DNA of 64,000 bases from an uncultured Candidatus Saccharibacteria bacterium (lineage in GTDB: Bacteria > Patescibacteriota > Minisyncoccia > UBA11713 > 2-01-FULL-45-33). Every line of letters starts with the position of its first letter. Position 1 is the first letter of the stretch. The position numbers and the translations under genes were made by a program. This document shows, one piece after another, positions 28,654-37,450 of this stretch. The DNA lies in the NCBI GenBank assembly GCA_964464405.1, contig CAYXFX010000003.1, forward strand, positions 6,410 through 70,409. Reading direction: 5' to 3'. The notes under the pieces are model-generated. The model had not been told where the DNA came from. It made no database searches and worked only from the letters and a program-made list of their open reading frames with translations.

Positions 28654-29097
28654 ATGCAATACCAAGTACCACAATTTATAGAAGTAGAAGATAAAATTTT
28701 CGGGCCGTTAACCGGAAAACAATTTTTCTATATCTTAGGCGGAGGAGCTATTATATTCATTATGTACATTTACCTGCAGCTTTGGGTTGTTATTCTTTTT
28801 GGCATACCTGTCGCTGGCCTTACTGCCTCTTTAGCGTTTTTAAAAATCAACGGAATGCCTTTTATAAAAGTTTTAAATAATGCAGTCGGATACGCAGTTT
28901 CGTCCCGGCTTTACCTTTGGAAAAAAAGTACAAAACTATCGGCGTCCCTGAAATTTGAAACTAAATCTGGCGAGAAGTCGGACTTTTTGCCAGCCAACAT
29001 CCCAACAACCATTCCCGAAGCTGCTCCAAAACTTACAGAAAACAAATTACAAGATTTAGCATGGTCGCTCGACATTAAGCAGCAAATTAAACGTTAG
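28654..29097 (+). CDS. PrgI-family membrane protein (VirB3-like)
   Basis: QYQVPQFIEVEDKIFGPLT.KQF followed by two TM segments. Confidence 0.85.
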   Translation: MQYQVPQFIEVEDKIFGPLTGKQFFYILGGGAIIFIMYIYLQLWVVILFGIPVAGLTASLAFLKINGMPFIKVLNNAVGYAVSSRLYLWKKSTKLSASLKFETKSGEKSDFLPANIPTTIPEAAPKLTENKLQDLAWSLDIKQQIKR

Positions 29098-29110
29098 CCA
29101 TTTAACCATT

Positions 29111-29761
29111 ATGGTCCAAGCGCAACCCACACAAAATATATTAAAAATAGAAGAAATAAGAGACGGGGTCTTAATTTTAAAAGACGGATCTTACCGCGCG
29201 ATTTTAATGGCATCGTCCTTGAATTTCGCGTTAAAAAGTACGGAAGAACAGAATGCAATTATTTACCAGTATCAAAATTTTTTAAACTCACTCGACTTTT
29301 CCGTTCAATTCTTTATTGAATCAAGAAATTTAAATATTGAGCCCTATATCGAAACCTTAAAAGAAACGGAATCAAAACAGACAAACGACCTTTTAAAAAT
29401 TCAAATTACTGAATACATAGATTTCGTCCGCACTTTCGTACGCGCTGCGAATATTGTATCAAAAAGTTTCTTTGTTGTGGTTCCTTTTTCTCCGCCCTTA
29501 TTTAATACGCCGCAGGAGGGATTAAAAAATGTTTTCGGCGGATTTTTCGGAAAAAATAAAAATGTAGATGCAAATAAATTAGATCAGGAAAAGTTTGAAG
29601 AATATAAAACGCAGCTTTGGCAAAGGGTGGACAACGTAATTCAAGGGCTTGTTAGAATGGGAGTAAAAACCGTTCCATTAAATACGGAGGAAATAATAGA
29701 ATTGTTCTACGGATTATATAATCCTGGAGAGCTAGAAAAAGGAAAGCCACCTATGGCGTAA
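29111..29761 (+). CDS. Conserved protein between prgI and virB4
   Basis: NFALKSTEEQNAII..YQNFLNSLDF; typical position in this cluster type. Confidence 0.75.
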   Translation: MVQAQPTQNILKIEEIRDGVLILKDGSYRAILMASSLNFALKSTEEQNAIIYQYQNFLNSLDFSVQFFIESRNLNIEPYIETLKETESKQTNDLLKIQITEYIDFVRTFVRAANIVSKSFFVVVPFSPPLFNTPQEGLKNVFGGFFGKNKNVDANKLDQEKFEEYKTQLWQRVDNVIQGLVRMGVKTVPLNTEEIIELFYGLYNPGELEKGKPPMA

Positions 29762-29803
29762 TGAGTCACTAAACATAAAACATTAAATACAAAGATAAAA
29801 AAT

Positions 29804-31618
29804 ATGCTTGGATTTGGAAAAAAAGAAAAAGAACCAGAGTTAACGCCAGTTTTCCCAGAGGAAATTTACCGCGCGGGCGTGCTAGATTTAAAAGACGTTA
29901 TTGCGCCTTCGGCTCTTGAGATTACTTCGAATTTCGTGCGTTTAGGAGAAAAACTCGCGCGCACTATGTTTGTTTTTGCTTTTCCAAGATTTCTTTCATC
30001 TAACTGGTTTGCACCGATAATAAACTTAGACAAAGTTATGGACGTATCTATGTATATACATCCCGTAGACACATCCATGGTTTTAAAACGCCTCGAAAGG
30101 AAAGTTGCGGAAGTGCAATCGCAAATTACTGTGCGCCAAGATAAAGGCCTTGTAAGAGATCCTGTGCTAGACACCGCTTATCAAGATTTGGAATCTTTGA
30201 GAGATCGGCTTCAGCAGGCACAGGAAAAACTTTTCAGCTTTGGTCTTTATATAACTGTTTACGGAAACACGAACGAGGAACTCGATAAATTGGAGAAAGA
30301 AATCAAATCAATGCTTGAATCGCGCCTTGTTTACGTAAAACCGGCGCTCTTCCAGCAAAAAGAGGGGATAGATTCTGTTTTTCCGATGCTTGATGACGTC
30401 ATAAAAATTAATAGTTACTTAAATTCATCTCCCGTATCCAGCGTTTTTCCGTTCGTATCTTTCGACCTTACTTCAAATAAGGGAATACTTTATGGAATTA
30501 ACGCGCATAATAATTCTTTGGTTTTGTTTGATCGTTTTAGTTTGGAAAATTATAATTCCGTGATTTTTGCCAAAGCCGGCGCGGGAAAATCCTATGCAAC
30601 AAAGCTGGAAATTATGAGGTCTTTGATGTTTGATACGGAAGTAATAGTAATTGATCCTGAGCGAGAATACGAATATCTAGCAGAAGCAGTTGGCGGAAGA
30701 TATTTTAATATTTCGCTTTCCTCAAAGCACCACATAAATCCATTCGATCTACCTATGCCTAGAGAAGACGAATCTCCGTCAGATGTTTTGCGGTCGCATA
30801 TCATCAACCTTGTTGGCCTCTTTAGAATCATGCTCGGAGGAATTTCTCCAGAAGAAGATGCAATTATTGATCGCGCAATAACCGAAACATATGCTTCGCG
30901 TGACATAACTCCGGATAGCGATTTCTCTAAAGCCGTTCCTCCGATTCTTTCAGATTTAGAACTTGTGCTTGCAAATATGGAGGGAGGAGAATCTCTCGCG
31001 CAAAGACTTAGGAAATTTACGCAAGGAACATGGGCTGGATTTATAAACCAGCCGACAAATGTCGATATCAACCAAAAATTTATTGTATTTTCGGTACGAG
31101 ATATGGAAGATGATCTTCGGCCGGTTGCAATGTACATTATTATACATTTCATATGGAGCGCAATCCGCGCAGAAATTAAAAAAAGGATTCTTGTTGTGGA
31201 CGAGGCGTGGTGGATTATGAAAAATGAAGACGGAGCATCTTTTCTTTTCGGTATCGCAAAACGAGCAAGAAAATATTATTTAGGCCTTACAACAATTACG
31301 CAGGATGTTTCGGACTTTTTAAATTCGCCTTACGGTAAACCGCTAATCACGAACTCCTCAATACAGATGCTTTTGCGCCAAGCTCCGGCAAGTATTGATA
31401 TTTTAAAAGAAACTTTTAATTTAACTGACGAAGAAAAATTTTTACTTTTAGAATCAGATGTGGGAGAGGGAATATTCTTTGCCGGCTTAAAACATGTGGC
31501 AATAAAAATTTTAGCTTCCTACACAGAAGATCAAATAATTACTTCTGATCCGGCGCAGCTTTTGGCAATTAAAAAAGCAAAAGCTCAATTTTTAGCAGAA
31601 CCAAAAAACGTAATGTAA
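29804..31618 (+). CDS. VirB4/TraC-like secretion ATPase
   Basis: AKAGAGKS Walker A, IDPEREY, INPFD, LVVDEAW, KRARKY, ITQD. Confidence 0.9.
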   Translation: MLGFGKKEKEPELTPVFPEEIYRAGVLDLKDVIAPSALEITSNFVRLGEKLARTMFVFAFPRFLSSNWFAPIINLDKVMDVSMYIHPVDTSMVLKRLERKVAEVQSQITVRQDKGLVRDPVLDTAYQDLESLRDRLQQAQEKLFSFGLYITVYGNTNEELDKLEKEIKSMLESRLVYVKPALFQQKEGIDSVFPMLDDVIKINSYLNSSPVSSVFPFVSFDLTSNKGILYGINAHNNSLVLFDRFSLENYNSVIFAKAGAGKSYATKLEIMRSLMFDTEVIVIDPEREYEYLAEAVGGRYFNISLSSKHHINPFDLPMPREDESPSDVLRSHIINLVGLFRIMLGGISPEEDAIIDRAITETYASRDITPDSDFSKAVPPILSDLELVLANMEGGESLAQRLRKFTQGTWAGFINQPTNVDINQKFIVFSVRDMEDDLRPVAMYIIIHFIWSAIRAEIKKRILVVDEAWWIMKNEDGASFLFGIAKRARKYYLGLTTITQDVSDFLNSPYGKPLITNSSIQMLLRQAPASIDILKETFNLTDEEKFLLLESDVGEGIFFAGLKHVAIKILASYTEDQIITSDPAQLLAIKKAKAQFLAEPKNVM

Positions 31619-31621
31619 CCA

Positions 31622-31659
31622 CCTCTTCCACCCCTTTACGAAAAGGGGTTTGGGAGAGG
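31622..31659. repeat. Family B-like palindrome after virB4
   Basis: CCTCTTCCACCCCTTT-ACG-AAAAGGGGTTTGGGAGAGG. Confidence 0.6.
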
Positions 31660-31696
31660 CAATAACAATGATAAAATTAGATTAAGATAAATAATA

Positions 31697-32677
31697 ATGA
31701 ACGGTTTAAGTAAAATATTAATAGTCAGTTCGTTACTGCTAATCGCATTCTATGCAGAAGCTCTTACAATTTCAACCGATAATTTGGTGTTGTCTCCTTC
31801 TCCCGCATATCCCAAAGCGAATTCTGAATTTATTATAAAAGCAAAAACATTTTCTTTTGACGCAACTCGCGCGCGTTTTACGTGGTATCTTGATGGTAAA
31901 AAAATCGACGAAGGAACAGGGTTAACCGAACAAACATTTGTGGCAAGAAAGCTTGGATCAAAAATGAATATCCGCGCGGCAGTCCTATCCGCAGATGGGG
32001 AATATTTTGAGGACAGCATCACGATTTCGGTTTCCGATATAGATTTAATTATTTCTCCGCTTACATATACTCCTCCTTTTTATAGAGGCGCGCCCCTAGC
32101 TTCTCCCGGAAGTGTGGTTGAAATTATCGCGATCCCGCATTTATATTCTGGCTCTGCAAGAATTAATCCCCAAAGTTTGATTTACGAATGGTCGTTAAAT
32201 AATAAACCAGTTCAAAATCAATCCGGGGGAGGTAAAAACATACTTTCACTTAAATTAGCGGACGTTTCAAATAGTGAACAAGTTGTTACCTTAAAAGCGA
32301 GCACTGTTTCCGGAAACACGTCTGTTGAAAGAAATGTGCGCGTTAGAACATACCAGCCAGAAATACTTTTTTACGAAACAAATTCCGTAACCGGCAAAAA
32401 AGTAAAAGCTTCATCTTTTTTTAATTTTACTCCAGCAAGCTCTTTTTCAATATTAGCCGAGCCATTTTATATGGCTTTGGAATCTCTTTTAAAATCAAAA
32501 TTCACATGGTTTGTAAACGGAAATATTTTTTCGGAAAACGCAAAAAACCCGTTGGTGTTAGATTTAACTGCTCCACCGGATTCGGAATCACAAACAAATT
32601 TTTCTTTAAAAATCGAAGATGTAGGCACTCTTTTTCAAAGAGTAAGCGGAATTTTAACGGTTAGAATAACAAAATGA
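31697..32677 (+). CDS. Secreted beta-rich (Ig/PKD-like repeat) protein
   Basis: Signal peptide; three FTWYLDG / YEWSLNN / FTWFVNG motifs. Confidence 0.7.
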   Translation: MNGLSKILIVSSLLLIAFYAEALTISTDNLVLSPSPAYPKANSEFIIKAKTFSFDATRARFTWYLDGKKIDEGTGLTEQTFVARKLGSKMNIRAAVLSADGEYFEDSITISVSDIDLIISPLTYTPPFYRGAPLASPGSVVEIIAIPHLYSGSARINPQSLIYEWSLNNKPVQNQSGGGKNILSLKLADVSNSEQVVTLKASTVSGNTSVERNVRVRTYQPEILFYETNSVTGKKVKASSFFNFTPASSFSILAEPFYMALESLLKSKFTWFVNGNIFSENAKNPLVLDLTAPPDSESQTNFSLKIEDVGTLFQRVSGILTVRITK

Positions 32678-33492
32678 ACATTTTAAAAAATTTTAAAAAA
32701 AACACAAGGGGAAGAGGTGGGGGGAAGTCGCTCCAATATGTTTTCGGAGTTCTCGTTATTTTTATGCTTCTTATAACCATATCTAGCCCCACACTCGCCG
32801 CTGAAGATAATGCGACTTACAAACTAATACAGCCGCTTCCGGGAACTCCGGGAAGCGGAGGACCAATAACGGATGTGGGGGGAGATATGCCTTTTGCGCA
32901 ATATATGCAGCGTATCATTCCTTTTATTCTGGCATTTGCAGCGCTTTTAGCTTTGGTGCAAATTGTGGTAGGTGGTTTCGAATATGGGCTTTCCGCAATA
33001 CCGGGCATAAAAGTTGAAGGGAAAGATAGGATAACTAGCGCGCTTTGGGGACTTGGGCTTGCGTTAATTTCTTGGCTGATACTCCGCACAATCAATCCGG
33101 ATTTGGTAAATTTGAAATTTTTTGTACCACGCCCAGTTGGTTTATCGTCACAATCGTCCCCGCCCACACAATCTACAAAAACAAACGATTTACAGCAAAG
33201 TGGCGCCGTAGAAGTAACAAATCCGAACAGCCGTGGTCCGATTTGCCCACCAGGATCAGATAAAACTTGTGATAGAAACCAGAAGTGCGCACTTAATATG
33301 AATGGTACGAATTATGTGTGTGTAAATACAAATGCAGCACAGTCTGCCGACTCAAAAACTGCATTTTTTTGTTCAGCAAACACAAATATTTGTGCATCTT
33401 TTGGAGGAACAATCGCCCCCGGCCTCGCAAATTGTGGAAAATGTAACTCTGGTTATATTTGCTGTGAAAGAAAAGAGTCTATACCAAAATAA
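32674..33492 (+). CDS. VirB2/TrbC-like pilin with Cys-rich C-terminal extension
   Basis: IVVGGFEY..GKDRITSALWGL...ILRTINPDL, followed by a Cys-rich tail. Confidence 0.75.
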   Translation: MNILKNFKKNTRGRGGGKSLQYVFGVLVIFMLLITISSPTLAAEDNATYKLIQPLPGTPGSGGPITDVGGDMPFAQYMQRIIPFILAFAALLALVQIVVGGFEYGLSAIPGIKVEGKDRITSALWGLGLALISWLILRTINPDLVNLKFFVPRPVGLSSQSSPPTQSTKTNDLQQSGAVEVTNPNSRGPICPPGSDKTCDRNQKCALNMNGTNYVCVNTNAAQSADSKTAFFCSANTNICASFGGTIAPGLANCGKCNSGYICCERKESIPK

Positions 33493-33495
33493 AAC

Positions 33496-34725
33496 ATGCA
33501 AAATTTATTAACAAAAAAGAATTTAATAATCGCAGTTGTATCAATTTTAATTATTGTTGGTATTATCATTTTCTTTGCCAGAAAAAATGGTGATAACGAA
33601 AATTCAAATAGTGGAGGATTTTTTGGACTCTTTCCAGCAAGCGAAGAGCCGTCTGTAACCGCACCGTCCGAAACACCCGCCTCGTCGGCGGGCGAGTCGG
33701 ATGTTTCCGCATCCGGAGTTTCCCAAACCCAATCCACATCGACCCCTCCGATCGGAACAATGTTTAGAATTACTGACAATGCTGTTTCTTCACTGGTCGG
33801 GACAAAATCCGGAAACATAAGATATCACAAAAATACACCTGAAAATATCGGGCATTTGTTTGAAAGAAGCGCCGAAGGAAAATCGGAAGAAAAACGTCTT
33901 TCAAATTTCACCATTCCGCAGATTACGAAAGTCGTCTGGTCGCCAGACGCAACGCGCGCTTTGATATTTTATAATTTGGACGGAGAAATAAGAAAAATTT
34001 TGATTGATTACAGATCAACATCAACCCCCAAAACCAATTTCCTTCCGGATGGAATTTTGGACGCCGCATTTTCTCCTGATTCAAAATCTATTGCTTATAT
34101 AAATAGCGAAAATGGTGTTTTTATTGCGACTTCAGATTTTAAATCTCCCAAGAAAATAACGAATAGCGAGGTTTCTAACCCGGAAATCAGCTGGCCTTCA
34201 CCAAATTTTTTATCTTTGAAAACAAAATCTTCGTACGCTTCGCGCGGATATTTATACAAAATGGATATTCGCACAGAAACTCTCGAAAAAATTGCGGAAG
34301 GGTTGGGATTAGATGCCGTTTGGTCCGGTGACGGTTTGGGAGTTTTATATTCGACAGTAAATAGCGCGGGAGAAATGCAAAATTTAATCTACTTAAATAC
34401 AAAAACCGGCGAGAAAAAAGAAATTTTAATTAAGACAGTGGCGGAAAAATGTGCCTTTTTAAATTCGATCAAAACTGTAGCTTACTGCGGCGTCCCCAAG
34501 CTGGATTCCAACGTACTTTCTCAAAAATATCCTGATTCTTGGTGGCAAGGCAGAACTTCTTTTATAGACGATTTTTGGTTATTTGACGTGGCGACAAATC
34601 AATTAGCAAGCTTTATTGCGACTTCATTTGATGTTATTAATCCTAAGCTGATGAGCGACGACTCGTATCTAATTTTTCAGGATAAAATTTCCGGATCATT
34701 ATGGAGTTTGAAACTTAAAATATAA
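33496..34725 (+). CDS. Membrane-anchored beta-propeller (TolB/WD40-like) protein
   Basis: WSPD, FSPD, WPS and WSGD repeats after a Ser/Thr linker. Confidence 0.72.
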   Translation: MQNLLTKKNLIIAVVSILIIVGIIIFFARKNGDNENSNSGGFFGLFPASEEPSVTAPSETPASSAGESDVSASGVSQTQSTSTPPIGTMFRITDNAVSSLVGTKSGNIRYHKNTPENIGHLFERSAEGKSEEKRLSNFTIPQITKVVWSPDATRALIFYNLDGEIRKILIDYRSTSTPKTNFLPDGILDAAFSPDSKSIAYINSENGVFIATSDFKSPKKITNSEVSNPEISWPSPNFLSLKTKSSYASRGYLYKMDIRTETLEKIAEGLGLDAVWSGDGLGVLYSTVNSAGEMQNLIYLNTKTGEKKEILIKTVAEKCAFLNSIKTVAYCGVPKLDSNVLSQKYPDSWWQGRTSFIDDFWLFDVATNQLASFIATSFDVINPKLMSDDSYLIFQDKISGSLWSLKLKI

Positions 34726-34751
34726 ACACGATAATATTAGTATCGCATATT

Positions 34752-35525
34752 ATGTTTGACGAACTTAAAAAAATTGGATTATCAGAAAACGAGGCGCGTG
34801 TTTATTGCGCACTTCTTGAGTTAGGATCAGCAACTGCGCAAGAAGTTGCGAAAAAAGCCGATGTTAAACGCGCTACGACTTATGTTCAATTGGATTCTCT
34901 TATGAAAATAGGCTTGGTAACATCTTTTGAAAAAACCCCCGAAAGAAAAAATGGAGCAGGTAAGACATACTTCCGCGCGGAAGATCCATCATATTTAGAA
35001 AAAATTGTCGAGCGCGAAAAGAAAACAGCAGAAGACCGCGAAAAGGTTTTGAGAGAAATACTTCCGGCGCTAGAAAAAGTGTTTTTATCTTCTGGCGAGC
35101 GCCCTCGCGTAAGATTTTTTGAAGGAGTGGAAGGCCTCCGCACAATGCAGGATGAGTTTTTGAAGTCAAAATCGAAAGAAGCAGTTGGCTTTTCTTCGGC
35201 TGATGACATTTTAAGAATTTTTCCTTCGCATCCTTCCGAATATTCTCCGAGGCGGGTAAAAAGCAGGATACATTCTAAAGTGATCTATACAAGCTCTAAA
35301 GGAAAAATTCTTAAAGAAGTAGACCAAGAAATGATGCGCGAGGCTCGTTTCGTGCCGGAAGCTAAATTTCCTTTTACATGCGATGTTGTCATTTATGATA
35401 ATAAAGTCGCAATTTCTGCTTTAAGTAAAAAACCAATGGGCGTAATAGTTGAAAGTGAAGAAATAACTGAATCATTCCGTTCAATGTTTGCGCTTGCTTG
35501 GGAAGCTGCTGAAAAATATCAATAA
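34752..35525 (+). CDS. TrmB-family transcriptional regulator
   Basis: IGLSENEARVY..LLELG HTH, VRFFEGVEG, IYDNKVAI. Confidence 0.88.
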   Translation: MFDELKKIGLSENEARVYCALLELGSATAQEVAKKADVKRATTYVQLDSLMKIGLVTSFEKTPERKNGAGKTYFRAEDPSYLEKIVEREKKTAEDREKVLREILPALEKVFLSSGERPRVRFFEGVEGLRTMQDEFLKSKSKEAVGFSSADDILRIFPSHPSEYSPRRVKSRIHSKVIYTSSKGKILKEVDQEMMREARFVPEAKFPFTCDVVIYDNKVAISALSKKPMGVIVESEEITESFRSMFALAWEAAEKYQ

Positions 35526-35553
35526 AAAAGCCGGGGGCGTTCGACGGCCCCCG
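35524..35553 (-). terminator. Intrinsic terminator with U-tract on the minus strand
   Basis: CGGGGGC..GCCCCCG stem preceded by AAAAAA on the + strand. Confidence 0.65.
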
Positions 35554-35708
35554 TAAGGAGAAAAAAATAAAAATTTTTTTCTTTCTTTTTTTATTTTTTC
35601 ACATTAATTCCCGCCATAATATGGCGGAAAAAAACACATCAACCTCCCAGGTTTAGAACAACATCCGACCACCTCCTTTCTGATAATCCGCACCTCATAT
35701 CCCATCTA

Positions 35709-35736
35709 ATTATACTCCTTTTATATGTTTTGTCAA
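35709..35736 (-). promoter_or_regulatory. sigma70-type promoter
   Basis: Minus strand reads TTGACA-aaacatataaaaggag-TATAAT. Confidence 0.65.
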
Positions 35737-35864
35737 ATTATTTGGGCAGAATTGAATTACATGCTTAATTACGAACTGCCGCGCTTCAACAACATTTCAT
35801 AAAGAAAAAAACGGCTTAAAATAAAGCGCTTTTGTGAACTTTTACACAAAAGAGCCATAAACGC

Positions 35865-35892
35865 TTGACAAACTTCTACAAAGGAGTATAAT
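35865..35892 (+). promoter_or_regulatory. sigma70-type promoter
   Basis: TTGACA-aacttctacaaaggag-TATAAT. Confidence 0.7.
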
Positions 35893-35898
35893 GCTATT

Positions 35899-36585
35899 TA
35901 GTTAAGTTGAAATAACGACTTAACCGAAAGGGGTGGTATGGAATATGGGCAAAAACTAAAATAATAGCCCGAACCACAACCACTTCAAGGTTTCGCCCTT
36001 TAGGCGGACAAGTTTGATAAAAAAGTCATGGGTGGTTCCTCTCATCCCGCCGAAAGGCAGGCAAGCTAGAGAGGAGACTAGGGGATAATGTGACCCCTCG
36101 CCTCCTCTTTAAAGAGGAACAAGATATGCGAGATATTCTCGCAGCGCTCAAGGGCGCTAGGTTAATCGCTAAAACCTACGCCGCGGAGCAAAGGATAGCC
36201 CACTATCTTTTGCCGAACGGTCAGGTTGCGGAGGTTACCCGGCGGGTTAGGCCCAAAGAGCGCAAAAATATCCTGGTAGCCCGTCCCAGGTTGCGCTAAA
36301 TAGCGCGTAAAAATGAAGGCTTGCGGGTTTGTGTGTTCCTGCATAGGTGAGCCAGAAATCATCTAAAAATTAGAACACTCCTCGGGGCGGCGGTTAGCCC
36401 TGATAGGAAGTCAACGCACTTCCGACTTCCATCAAAATTCATTTTAATGCTAAAAATTAAAACGGATTTTAATGGGAGTAGGTGAGCCTGAGTGCTTTGC
36501 ACAAGCGGAAGCTAAGAGTTGTCTGCAAGGTGATTAACTCCGGGCTTACGTAATCGTCCACCCACCGCTCTCTTAGCCCTTTTCA
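35899..36585 (+). ncRNA. Candidate large (~680 nt) structured non-coding RNA, family unassigned
   Basis: Begins just after the promoter, is GC-richer than its flanks, and shows about 15 back-to-back helices with G-U pairs favouring the + strand. Confidence 0.6.
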
Positions 36586-36611
36586 AAATAAAAAAAATTT
36601 AAGGAGGAAAA

Positions 36612-36848
36612 ATGTTAAATCAGAAGCTTAGTTTGGTGTTGGCAGGTTTGTTGTCAATTTGGTTTCTTTGTTTGGGGCTTGCGATCCTCACCCGCCAGCA
36701 CAGTTGGTTTCTTCGTTTTTCTCGCCGCCAGGCAGCCAGACCATTTCGCTGGATCTGGCGCCACTGGCATACGCAGATTACCTGGGCGCTCATCGGTGCA
36801 GGCGTCCTCCTCTATTATCTCGTTTCCACCAACCGCATTGCTCCTTGA
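36612..36848 (+). CDS. Small two-TM membrane protein with an Arg/Trp-rich loop
   Basis: 78 aa, TAAGGAGG SD. Confidence 0.7.
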   Translation: MLNQKLSLVLAGLLSIWFLCLGLAILTRQHSWFLRFSRRQAARPFRWIWRHWHTQITWALIGAGVLLYYLVSTNRIAP

Positions 36849-37092
36849 AGCAATGCCCCTACCAAAGTTTTGTATGCAATCAGTGTTCTATAAGTACGCT
36901 CATATTAATAAAAAATTTTGGTAGGATTAAAAAAGGTTATGACCGCAACCGCGCCAAGCAACAGCTTCGGCGCGATATTTTTTAAATAAATCGAGATGTT
37001 GATTTTTCACAAAAAACAAGTTAAGCTCTTGTAGGTAAAAAAGAGAAAAGGAGAATAAGACGTTTAAAAAACTAAATAATCAGCTCGAAAAA

Positions 37093-37407
37093 GTGGGTAT
37101 GATTCTAAATCATATTTTTGATGATATTTGCGGTGTAGAGCATAAAGAACAGGTCGGCCAAAAAGAAAACTTCTATCAATATGTGTCTTTTAGTATTATT
37201 TTTTTGTATTCATCGATATGCATAGCCTCAACAATAGTTTTGTTCTGTATTCCGATTTTTAGGTTAAAGACGAATTCCTCAATACAAAATTTTTACTTCG
37301 ACAACATGTACTGGATAATCCCATTGACGATGCCGACCGGATGGATTATCTCAAAACAACTTAACGCAAAACTTTGGGCTTTTATAAAAACAAAATACAA
37401 ATCCTAA
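37093..37407 (+). CDS. Small membrane protein, start uncertain
   Basis: 104 aa with two hydrophobic segments. Confidence 0.45.
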   Translation: MGMILNHIFDDICGVEHKEQVGQKENFYQYVSFSIIFLYSSICIASTIVLFCIPIFRLKTNSSIQNFYFDNMYWIIPLTMPTGWIISKQLNAKLWAFIKTKYKS

Positions 37408-37450
37408 TCTCGCCAAAGGCGAGATTATTTTTAAAAAAAATACTTTATTT

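Noticed and set aside
36090-36299. 69-aa ORF inside the structured region
   Set aside because: No recognisable motif, and the sequence is tiled with hairpins continuous with its non-coding flanks. It is more likely part of an RNA, although not excluded as a gene.
35899-36585. RNase P RNA, tmRNA or self-splicing intron identity
   Set aside because: Only fragments resemble them (CGGAGCAA, GAGACTA, GGCTTA). There is no GAGGAAAGTCC with matching P4, no tRNA-like ends, no P7 partner and no domain V.
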